Shown here: in pieces, positions 56,433 to 64,000 of the stretch
Position numbering within the stretch: the first letter of the stretch is position 1
Layout of the letters: every line of letters begins with the position of its first letter
Origin: a virus
DNA length: 64,000 nt
Direction: 5' to 3' (one strand)
Virus record (IMG/VR): IMGVR_UViG_3300035698_017305
Coordinates: 1 to 64,000 of that record
Translations under genes and position numbers: made by a program
The notes under the pieces: generated by a model
The model's database searches: none
Told to the model about the DNA's origin: nothing
What the model saw: the letters and a program-made list of their open reading frames with translations, nothing else

Positions 56433-56804
56433 TTGGCCTCTCCCAGGCACGGAGAAGGTATGACGCCAAGAATTGAACTAATCGGACTAGTTAATGTGGT
56501 AGAAACAGATCTATTTGGTAACTGTAGTTCTAACCAGTCTTTCATCAAGGTTAGAGTTGACGGAAACGAACAATTGATCCCTGGGACTATCAACAAGGAG
56601 GCTTTGGCATCTCTCCGTAAGACCACTGAGCCTTTGTATGAGAGCATGGGGTGTAAGGTGCCTGACGCTGAACCCGTGGAGGTAGAAGCAGCCCCTTTTC
56701 CAAGCCCCCAGATGCCTATGACTCCGGAAGGGTTGCAGGAAGAGATCGAGACACTGGCAGGGGGAGACCCACACACAGACTCGGACGGGGTAGCGCCCCT
56801 TTAA
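56433..56804 (+). CDS. Hypothetical acidic protein
   Basis: Likely start at MTPRIEL. Confidence 0.55.
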   Translation: MASPRHGEGMTPRIELIGLVNVVETDLFGNCSSNQSFIKVRVDGNEQLIPGTINKEALASLRKTTEPLYESMGCKVPDAEPVEVEAAPFPSPQMPMTPEGLQEEIETLAGGDPHTDSDGVAPL

Positions 56805-56810
56805 AGGTAA

Positions 56811-57209
56811 GTGATGAGCAAAGAATCAATACTAGCGGAGTCTCTATTACGCATCGAGGGGAAACTGGACTGGCTGGCCTTAGCCATGGTGCAGAAGGCG
56901 AGGTACGACGGAGCCCCATTCGATCCACTACCGGAGGCCCCACCATACGATATATCCGTGGTTGGAGGCAGATGTCCTTTTTGCAACCACGACATCAAGC
57001 TGGTGTCCCAGGACGGGGTAGCAGTAAGGCAGTGCGAATGTAAGTCAGGGGTGAAACCTATGGATGTAGGGGCACTCAAAGATATAACTGATGCCGTTGG
57101 TGAAAGACTGCGGCAGGAACAAGAAACTGTGAGGAGAACGAACGATGCCAGAAGCGCCGACGCAAGCAGATTATCTGAGACAGATGGGGATGACTCTACC
57201 GGAGCGTAG
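56811..57209 (+). CDS. Hypothetical protein with Zn-ribbon-like CxxC...CxC
   Basis: CPFC...CEC; TAG stop. Confidence 0.6.
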   Translation: MMSKESILAESLLRIEGKLDWLALAMVQKARYDGAPFDPLPEAPPYDISVVGGRCPFCNHDIKLVSQDGVAVRQCECKSGVKPMDVGALKDITDAVGERLRQEQETVRRTNDARSADASRLSETDGDDSTGA

Positions 57210-57528
57210 TACCGGTAAGGCTCAGGTATTAGGAGTGTTTAAGATTGAACACCTTCTAGCAATCAAGTATGACGATGGACGGAAGATCAATACCCAGATG
57301 GGGTTTATGGCGGGGGATGAGGTAGTACTACTCCCCATTGATGTTGGTAAGGAGAAGTACAAACCGGACCACGCAACCACGTCCAAAGCTTCCGGGTTCA
57401 TTAACGAAGCTATCAAGAAGTGGAAGAAGAGGTTTGACGCGGCCATTGGTAAGGTGGACGTGGATCTAGCCCCAGAAGCACCTATGATGGGAGGAGAAGA
57501 CAAAGATGGCGATGAAGCCTCTAAATAA
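57145..57528 (+). CDS. Hypothetical protein
   Basis: 127 aa ORF. Confidence 0.6.
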   Translation: MPEAPTQADYLRQMGMTLPERSTGKAQVLGVFKIEHLLAIKYDDGRKINTQMGFMAGDEVVLLPIDVGKEKYKPDHATTSKASGFINEAIKKWKKRFDAAIGKVDVDLAPEAPMMGGEDKDGDEASK

Positions 57529-57814
57529 ATGGGTTCAGATAAAGCCCGATCCCCGTCCAGAAACTACCGAAGCTGGCTTAGTGTTGGTTGAGTCCACCAC
57601 TGAGAAGCTAAGTGCGAGCGCGGGGACGGTCCTCGCGGTGGGCCTAGATGTTGATCATGCAAAAGTGACTGTCGGGGATCGGGTTATGTACAGGTTCTTC
57701 TTGGAACAAGCCCACACTCTGCAAGACGACTCGTGCTTGATTAAATACGATGACCTGATGGCTGTTGTTGACAAGGACACACCAGTAGGGTTCCTGAACA
57801 AGACAGGAGACTGA
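57506..57814 (+). CDS. groES: GroES-like co-chaperonin
   Basis: MKPLNKWV.I...ETTEAGLVL, GTVLAVG, VGDRVMY, IKYDDLMAVV. Confidence 0.9.
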   Translation: MAMKPLNKWVQIKPDPRPETTEAGLVLVESTTEKLSASAGTVLAVGLDVDHAKVTVGDRVMYRFFLEQAHTLQDDSCLIKYDDLMAVVDKDTPVGFLNKTGD

Positions 57815-57815
57815 C

Positions 57816-58538
57816 ATGGGAGAGATCAGAAATGTATCCCCGCGTAAGGTTGATTACTACTGGGTTATACCCCTTAGTGAGATAGACTTCCCGGTTAAGG
57901 GCATCTATAAAACTCGGAGTGGGGAATTGCCCACGCGTATGAAGTTCCTACACCCCAAGGCTTACTGGGATTTCAAACGTCTTCAGAGGGACACTGACTT
58001 CAAGCTGGTGTACTCAGACATGTACCGGTCCTTTGCGGAGTCTCTGGCTGCTAAGAAACGTAAGCCTAGGCTGGTAGCGTCTCCCTCTTTCAGTGGTCAC
58101 AACTTCGGTGTCAGCTTTGACATCGACATGGGTAAGGCCCAGGAAGTGATTGGGAAGATACATGGCGCTGCCGATGCTACAGTGTTTGCAGTCCAGCAGT
58201 TCCTAGCGAAGTATGGGTGGACTCATATCAACAAGGAAAGCTGGCATTTCAACCATGTAACTGGGTACGGTTACTCTAGGCCATGGATAGACGCTACATA
58301 CGGTGACGAGTTTAACCTGACTGCTGAAGAGATTCAGTCGGCTCTGAACGAACTTGGGTACAACGTATGGCCTATTGACGGAGACATCGGTCCCCAAACT
58401 GAGGCAGCAGTTGAAGAGTTCCAGGAGGACTACAGCCTTGCTGCTGATGGGGTCCCGGGCAGAATGACCCAGAGGATTCTGGCTAGCTTTGCCGCTGAAA
58501 TTGAACTCATAGACCCGGTGGAATATACTAATGAGTAA
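57816..58538 (+). CDS. Endolysin: M15/VanY-type peptidase + peptidoglycan-binding domain
   Basis: YRS, SGHNFGVSFD, ESWH; IQSALNELGY..IDGDIGPQTEAAVEEFQ..ADGVPG. Confidence 0.9.
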   Translation: MGEIRNVSPRKVDYYWVIPLSEIDFPVKGIYKTRSGELPTRMKFLHPKAYWDFKRLQRDTDFKLVYSDMYRSFAESLAAKKRKPRLVASPSFSGHNFGVSFDIDMGKAQEVIGKIHGAADATVFAVQQFLAKYGWTHINKESWHFNHVTGYGYSRPWIDATYGDEFNLTAEEIQSALNELGYNVWPIDGDIGPQTEAAVEEFQEDYSLAADGVPGRMTQRILASFAAEIELIDPVEYTNE

Positions 58539-58686
58539 GAAAGTTCGGGTTAACTACCTGATACCGGAAGACGTCAAGAAGTTCTTGGGCAAGTACGCCA
58601 AGGACAATGACACTACCTGTACGTCCGTGGTGGTTAAGCTCATAAAAAGGCTCAAGCACGAGGTAGAACATGTCGAATCAGTATGA
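58531..58686 (+). CDS. Ribbon-helix-helix DNA-binding protein (51 aa, not in ORF track)
   Basis: MSKKVRVNYLIPEDVKKFLGKYAKDNDTTCTSVVVKLI. Confidence 0.65.
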   Translation: MSKKVRVNYLIPEDVKKFLGKYAKDNDTTCTSVVVKLIKRLKHEVEHVESV

Positions 58687-59290
58687 TGGCTACAAACTAG
58701 TAACGGATACCTATCCTCTACCGGTTAAGGCCACATTAGACGATGTTATCGGGGCACTGAAGGAAGTATTCCGACAGCCCTTTGTGCAGAGTTTAGTGAT
58801 CAGGATAGGTCTCGGCGATCCTGTTACGGTGGAGAGGTATGTCCCTGCGGATGCCGTTAGGGAAGTGACTGAATACGTAGAAACTAGTGTGTTGTCGGCT
58901 ATACGCAACGCTGATATGGAGGGTTTGAGGTCAGATGAACTTCCTCAGACAGTGCTTGGTAAGGTGGCAGCTATGTTCTACTACATCCAAAACAGGCGTC
59001 TACAACCAGCTTTTGTAGTTGTAGGATCGGTATCATTTCTTCTGGGTGAGTTAAGTAAAGAAGTAGAGGGTACTCCTCTAGCGAGCATGGTTGCTGACAA
59101 TATAGAAGAGGGGATCGACCGCATACTCGGAGTGTCTCTGGTGGAGGACGATGATCTCCCACCCGATGCTTTGATAGTATGCGGTGCCCCTACATCATTA
59201 GCTGAGCCTATAGACGTTAAGCTCAGTGTTATCACAACCATGGAGAACGCGAATGAACCCATCAGAGAAAGCCCCGATCCTGGAAGTTAG
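58670..59290 (+). CDS. Hypothetical protein
   Basis: 206 aa; TAG stop. Confidence 0.7.
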   Translation: MSNQYDGYKLVTDTYPLPVKATLDDVIGALKEVFRQPFVQSLVIRIGLGDPVTVERYVPADAVREVTEYVETSVLSAIRNADMEGLRSDELPQTVLGKVAAMFYYIQNRRLQPAFVVVGSVSFLLGELSKEVEGTPLASMVADNIEEGIDRILGVSLVEDDDLPPDALIVCGAPTSLAEPIDVKLSVITTMENANEPIRESPDPGS

Positions 59291-59408
59291 GAAAGACAGG
59301 CTGAAGATTGATCTAACCGATGAAGGTATTGATTTCAAACTGGACATGTCGTTGTCCAAGATACTGGATGCAATTGAACGATGGCTGAAATCTCTACGCA
59401 AGGGTTAA
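59226..59408 (+). CDS. Small hypothetical protein
   Basis: Likely start MNPSEK. Confidence 0.5.
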   Translation: MLSQPWRTRMNPSEKAPILEVRKDRLKIDLTDEGIDFKLDMSLSKILDAIERWLKSLRKG

Positions 59409-59680
59409 GTCTACGTACTGTCGAGGCAGAGATAGTGGAGTCTAGTCTCGACTACAGATCCTTATTCGATGCTAGAGACGGTGTACGTAAGCGGGTGGAG
59501 GCCCAGTCTGACATCCCTCGAATGCTAACCCCACTACAGTATTGGTCTGGTACCGACGCTGTTCTTGGGTCTTTGGATATGGCTATCAGTGCGGTAGAGC
59601 GGACGATGGCAGAACTGAAAGAACTTTCCCGAAAGATTAGGGCGGGTGAGATACCCAACTTAGACACCGGGATTAATTGA
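59381..59680 (+). CDS. Hypothetical protein
   Basis: 99 aa ORF. Confidence 0.6.
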   Translation: MAEISTQGLSLRTVEAEIVESSLDYRSLFDARDGVRKRVEAQSDIPRMLTPLQYWSGTDAVLGSLDMAISAVERTMAELKELSRKIRAGEIPNLDTGIN

Positions 59681-59687
59681 GGTAGGC

Positions 59688-60170
59688 ATGGCTGAATTCG
59701 ACAAGTCCCTAGTGGACCAAATAGTTAGAGCCCTGAACGCAACAGGGGGAGAGGTGATTGAAGTCACTTCGGTGACCCCACAGGTTAACTTCATTTGTAG
59801 GGTCAAGCCCGAAGATGAGGGGCAGTGGGTGCATGGACCGGTTGAACGGCTGGTTAAGTTTGCATTTGATTACAAGATGGAAAATGCAGGGGCTGAGCAA
59901 TGGAAGATCCATGCCTGTAAGCAGTATATGTACCGTCTACAGAAAGTAGGCGGGGCTAAGTATGCTTACGGTTGGAACCTATCATTCCGATTCAACATCC
60001 CCCTAGAAGACCTAATGGATGAGGTAGTCGGTTGTATCAGAGGGGTAGACGACAACAAGAAGGTGAATATCACTGAGATGGATCTACCGTTTGATCCTAC
60101 CTCCCCAGCTAACCCAGATGCCAGGGGCCTTCTAAGGGCCGGTAGGGGCATGACACCGGTTGAAAGTTAA
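59688..60170 (+). CDS. Hypothetical protein
   Basis: 160 aa; SD GAGG. Confidence 0.7.
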   Translation: MAEFDKSLVDQIVRALNATGGEVIEVTSVTPQVNFICRVKPEDEGQWVHGPVERLVKFAFDYKMENAGAEQWKIHACKQYMYRLQKVGGAKYAYGWNLSFRFNIPLEDLMDEVVGCIRGVDDNKKVNITEMDLPFDPTSPANPDARGLLRAGRGMTPVES

Positions 60171-60173
60171 ACT

Positions 60174-60746
60174 ATGGAGTCAGTACCGTACAGTGTTCAA
60201 CTAGGGCGTGAGGGAGCAGGTAAGGACCATGACTGGGGTAAGTGGAAGGTAGAGATCACCTTTGCCAAAGACAGAACCCCCGGAGGACCTAACTCTTTTG
60301 TGGTAGAGGTATATGAAAATGGCATAGCCTTGGGTGCAGCAGGAGATATGAGAGCTTACCTATGTAGAGACATCGAAGAGAAGGATCTTGGGTGTCAAAA
60401 GGTATTCTCCGCCCTGTACGTTGACTTCAAGACCATAGCGGTGTGCCCTCACTGTAAACGGACCTGGAACCCCAACAGGTTAACCACGACCGTGGTATAC
60501 AGGCTGTCCACAGACAAAGCCGCTATCGCCATAGCCAAGATTATGCGGAGGGTTGAGTTTGATGCGGACATCTTTATCAAGTACCACCCCTCTGATATAC
60601 GTTACCAGGAAATGGTTAGAGAGCTGGGGTTGGACAAGGCTGCTACCCTACAAGGACTACTGGTATACAAGAAGTCAGACCTGATAAATGCCATATCAAC
60701 TGGAAAAGGTTTGGAAGAAGAGTTGAAAGGACTGCTCAGTGCGTAA
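60174..60746 (+). CDS. Hypothetical protein with C...CPHC
   Basis: 190 aa ORF. Confidence 0.7.
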   Translation: MESVPYSVQLGREGAGKDHDWGKWKVEITFAKDRTPGGPNSFVVEVYENGIALGAAGDMRAYLCRDIEEKDLGCQKVFSALYVDFKTIAVCPHCKRTWNPNRLTTTVVYRLSTDKAAIAIAKIMRRVEFDADIFIKYHPSDIRYQEMVRELGLDKAATLQGLLVYKKSDLINAISTGKGLEEELKGLLSA

Positions 60747-60758
60747 TATACTATACCC

Positions 60759-61196
60759 ATGTATTCTTTTTTACACGAGACAGACCAAATCAAACTCTCC
60801 GGTCTCAATGACTGGCTAGGGAAGATACGGTCAACTAAGGAACCTTCGCAACGGAACGTTGATAGGGCGGAGAGGTTAGCTAACGATCCTAACTGGAAGG
60901 ACTTCAATAGACGCCTGTTAGACCCACAGTTTCAGATGGCTGTCATTGAGAACAAGGATAGCGATGATAGGCTAAAAAGATATGTCATTTCGATGGCCCA
61001 ACTCTACAAGGGGGATAAGGTCGGACGAGTGAAGGGCAAGTCAGGCTCTTATGAAGTGCGGCAATTAGCAGATGGTAGACTGGGATGTACATGCCTGGAT
61101 TGGAAGTACGCTAAGTCACATAGAGGCGAGGACTGTAAGCACATCACAGCTTGGAAGAAGACACATCGTTCAGAGGGGAAGAATGTGAGGCTATGA
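60759..61196 (+). CDS. SWIM zinc-finger protein
   Basis: YEV...GCTCLDW...CKHI. Confidence 0.8.
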   Translation: MYSFLHETDQIKLSGLNDWLGKIRSTKEPSQRNVDRAERLANDPNWKDFNRRLLDPQFQMAVIENKDSDDRLKRYVISMAQLYKGDKVGRVKGKSGSYEVRQLADGRLGCTCLDWKYAKSHRGEDCKHITAWKKTHRSEGKNVRL

Positions 61197-61312
61197 GAAC
61201 TTCACCTTTCTCCTCTTCTACACATTCTGTGTTCTCCGATTCAATCAGTGAGGTGGCCGGTCTCTACCGGCGGATTCCAATGCCGCCATTCTCCTTATAG
61301 CAGGAAAGTAAT

Positions 61313-61582
61313 ATGAAGTTCCATGAGCTAAAACAGAAAGAAACTACGTTAATGCACCGAGCTGCGGTGCTATCCAGGGTAGCTGGGTTTATCAAGACTA
61401 ACTACCTACCAGATGACTCAGGTGAAGCCTCTGGTAAATTGTATGTTGAAGGCTGTTCTGTAAGTGAGGTCCCGGAAGAGACTCTATCAGACATGTACGA
61501 TACATTCATCGAGGAGATCCAGGACATCAATAAAGAGATAGACACACTACATAATTTGGAAGTTCAGGAGGGTGACGAATGA
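61313..61582 (+). CDS. Hypothetical protein
   Basis: 89 aa; ATGA coupling to next gene. Confidence 0.65.
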   Translation: MKFHELKQKETTLMHRAAVLSRVAGFIKTNYLPDDSGEASGKLYVEGCSVSEVPEETLSDMYDTFIEEIQDINKEIDTLHNLEVQEGDE

Positions 61583-62022
61583 GTAAAGGCAAGAAGAGCA
61601 AGTCTGTAGACCCTGGCCGGGTGTCCTACAAGGACCTACTATTCAGGCAGGTAAAAGCAGAAAGAGCCATTGAAGCACTTGGACTTGATCTTACTGCGTT
61701 TAAGAAGAACGTCAGGGAGGCCATAAGTACTCTGTACGAGAACCAGATACTACTGGGCCGTAAGGTGGACACCCTTGATGAGTCTCTGACCGTTATAATC
61801 AGACTCCTACAGGACAAGAACATCATAGAATCTACTGAGGAGATCGCCGAGCTGTCCAAGGAGATGAGACAGGTGGTGGCAGCATCCAACTTGATTCTGT
61901 TGCTCACGGCACCGGTGGCTAAAAAAGGAGAGGGGGTAGAGTCTCCCCCACCCCCATCTACACCGCCGCAAGAAGCGGGGGCGCAACCGTATCCAAAAGG
62001 AGCCAGGATCTATAAGTCCTAG
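61579..62022 (+). CDS. Coiled-coil hypothetical protein
   Basis: 147 aa; TAG stop. Confidence 0.65.
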   Translation: MSKGKKSKSVDPGRVSYKDLLFRQVKAERAIEALGLDLTAFKKNVREAISTLYENQILLGRKVDTLDESLTVIIRLLQDKNIIESTEEIAELSKEMRQVVAASNLILLLTAPVAKKGEGVESPPPPSTPPQEAGAQPYPKGARIYKS

Positions 62023-62360
62023 ACTTCCATAGTTCCGTCCTTTGAATTGATCTTAAGGCCATCCCGCACAGGGACAACGTATCTGATCATGTCTTTGTGT
62101 ACCATTAGAACGATTTCGGGGGTAACATCAGTGTTGTCCTCTTCCTCCTCACCGTCCTTGGGGGGCTTGCTCATCCTACGGAAGAACCCAATGAAGTCGT
62201 CCCCGATCTCGGAGATAGCACACACTGATTTGATCTTTACCGGGTTAGCATCCACTTCCGCTCCCTCCTTTGTCGGCTCCATAACAAGCAGCACATCAAT
62301 TGAATCAACGTCCCCGTACCCTTCGAAGTCAATCATCTCTGTATCGCAGTAAGTTCCCAT
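62019..62360 (-). CDS. Hypothetical acidic protein
   Basis: 113 aa ORF. Confidence 0.6.
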   Translation of the reverse strand: MGTYCDTEMIDFEGYGDVDSIDVLLVMEPTKEGAEVDANPVKIKSVCAISEIGDDFIGFFRRMSKPPKDGEEEEDNTDVTPEIVLMVHKDMIRYVVPVRDGLKINSKDGTMEV

Positions 62361-62361
62361 G

Positions 62362-62625
62362 TCATCTACTCCATTTCTCTATGAATTTCACTCGCTCGGC
62401 CCTGGTGATAAACTCCGGATTCGGTTCATCTTCCCCAATGTCGTGGGGGCTGTAGAACACCAGATGCTTACCTCTTTCCTCAATCAGAATTGTGTTTGAA
62501 ACCCGCAGCACTTGGTTTGGTTCATCGGGCTTCACCGACTCCACTATCACCTTCAGTGTCTGGGGCTTGTTGTACTCTGCTACCTTTACCGGTCTGTCTT
62601 CCTGCTGCTCTTCGCTCATGCTCAC
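62362..62625 (-). CDS. Small hypothetical protein
   Basis: 87 aa ORF. Confidence 0.6.
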   Translation of the reverse strand: MSMSEEQQEDRPVKVAEYNKPQTLKVIVESVKPDEPNQVLRVSNTILIEERGKHLVFYSPHDIGEDEPNPEFITRAERVKFIEKWSR

Positions 62626-64000
62626 TCCATATCAAGTAGTTCGTTCCCACACTCACTCGGTTCTTTGTCAGTCCGAACCCTCCTCTGCCTAGGAAAGGTT
62701 ACGGCGTTGGATATCTCTCCACGGGAAAGGTACTTCCTTTTAGCGTACTCCACTTCCCAAACCTGCGGGTACATACTCGGATCGGCATTATCTTTAGCCC
62801 AGTCGTCCGTAAAGCCTGAACCACAGTTACAGATAAAGACTGGAGTTCCTTTCGAATCGTACTGGTATAACGCCACTGATCCCACATGCCCCATATGTTT
62901 CCCTGTTCCATATTCTCCCATCCCTTCATCTGGATTCCAATAAATTACGAAGTCATCTTCAAAGATTGGCTTCACCTTACACGACACCGCTGATGGCCTG
63001 TACGGTTTCCCATGAAACATTAGGCCCTGTTCACCCATGATACCGTCTGGGTCTGTCACCACAAACCCTTCCCACTTGGCTTCAACCGCGATAGCTAACG
63101 CTACTGCCACCGGGTCCTTCATGTCTACCTCGGTCCTATCTGGGCCACTTACTCCTGATAGTAGGTTCCCCGTACTTAGAACTTCTGGGGGTAGAAGCTG
63201 CTCAAATCCTCGACACCCGGTGATCTTGTCCTTAACCCAACCGATCCGTTCCCTCATGTTCATGCTGCGGATGTAGTCATTCCCATCTACAAATGCTACG
63301 TCCCACACGTAGTAGAACAGCTTACCCTGCTTAGCTTGGCGCTCTACCGCGTCATTAGCATTGGATATACCGGTTACGTAGTCGAAGTTATCATCTTCCT
63401 TAGAGGCTACCAGTTCCCCCAGTAGTACTGTGTTGTGGGGGATCTTACCCATAGCACACCAAGTCTCTAACGACCTGACTATGTGGTCAAACTTCTCACT
63501 CCAAGTGATTGACTCCGTTTTCTTCTTATCCAGAAGTCTCCGGGAGTACAGCCTAGCTTTGCCGTCATCTTGGATCACTGCCACGCACATAAGTCCATCC
63601 CTCTTACGCATGAACCACGCGGTCTTGTCCACCAGGATCTTCTTCATCATAGCTTTGCTGGGGTTGTGGGCTGGCTTATAGAATGCCCAGTTCTGTGGTA
63701 GTGGTCCGTCGAATACAAACCCCTCATACTTTGTCATGTTCAGTTTCTCTACTTCTTCCTGCTTCACCGACCCGTCACTGTTTAACCCAATGTATCCCTC
63801 CCTCTGTTTCATCTCAGCCTTACGGGTTGCCGTGTTGATAGCTACCTGTTCCGGGCTGATCTCATTTGTCTTACCAACGTTCTTGGCTAAACAAACATCT
63901 GTTGTAGACTGCATCTTCCCACCCTTGATACCCCAAGTGGCAGTGACTGATGAGCCCTCTGTCTCAATCGACCACGCCTTTGTTTTGGCCGTCCGGCCTC
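62622..64000 (-). CDS. ATP-dependent DNA ligase with WGR-like N-terminus (5' end outside window)
   Basis: KRDG motif I, GEL, YVWDV, EGFVV, KVKP, OB-fold CGSGF; frame stays open to the edge (AWSIETEGSSVTATWGIKGGK). Confidence 0.9.
   Translation of the reverse strand, partial: GRTAKTKAWSIETEGSSVTATWGIKGGKMQSTTDVCLAKNVGKTNEISPEQVAINTATRKAEMKQREGYIGLNSDGSVKQEEVEKLNMTKYEGFVFDGPLPQNWAFYKPAHNPSKAMMKKILVDKTAWFMRKRDGLMCVAVIQDDGKARLYSRRLLDKKKTESITWSEKFDHIVRSLETWCAMGKIPHNTVLLGELVASKEDDNFDYVTGISNANDAVERQAKQGKLFYYVWDVAFVDGNDYIRSMNMRERIGWVKDKITGCRGFEQLLPPEVLSTGNLLSGVSGPDRTEVDMKDPVAVALAIAVEAKWEGFVVTDPDGIMGEQGLMFHGKPYRPSAVSCKVKPIFEDDFVIYWNPDEGMGEYGTGKHMGHVGSVALYQYDSKGTPVFICNCGSGFTDDWAKDNADPSMYPQVWEVEYAKRKYLSRGEISNAVTFPRQRRVRTDKEPSECGNELLDME

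Noticed and set aside
1-64000. Genome-wide TAG recoding
   Set aside because: Coding density is high under code 11 and several genes end cleanly at TAG; only one convincing internal TAG was found

Overview
A 64-kb stretch of a large tailed dsDNA bacteriophage genome (~50% GC, standard code 11, gene-dense, mostly minus strand, no rRNA or core cellular operons). It holds a TerY-like vWA/PP2C/kinase cluster, NAD-salvage enzymes, 15 tRNA genes (one with a CUA amber anticodon), a tmRNA, a ~1-kb structured ncRNA with two 23S-rRNA GTPase-centre-like domains, two ubiquitin-like conjugation sets, a plus-strand glycosyltransferase/ATP-grasp cluster, GroES, an endolysin and an ATP-dependent DNA ligase truncated by the window edge. 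The standout is 47.0-53.0 kb: a Ubl gene, then a tandem array of seven Y-RNA-like RNAs, then a Ro60/TROVE-vWA gene, tRNA-His, a hypothetical gene, vWA, JAB and E1. The seven RNAs share one bulged scaffold; six enclose a tRNA-derived module, opened at four different points of the cloverleaf. Second: a Pth2-like gene missed by the ORF track, split by an in-frame TAG next to the amber tRNA. All calls come from manual motif and base-pair reading; no database searches were run.
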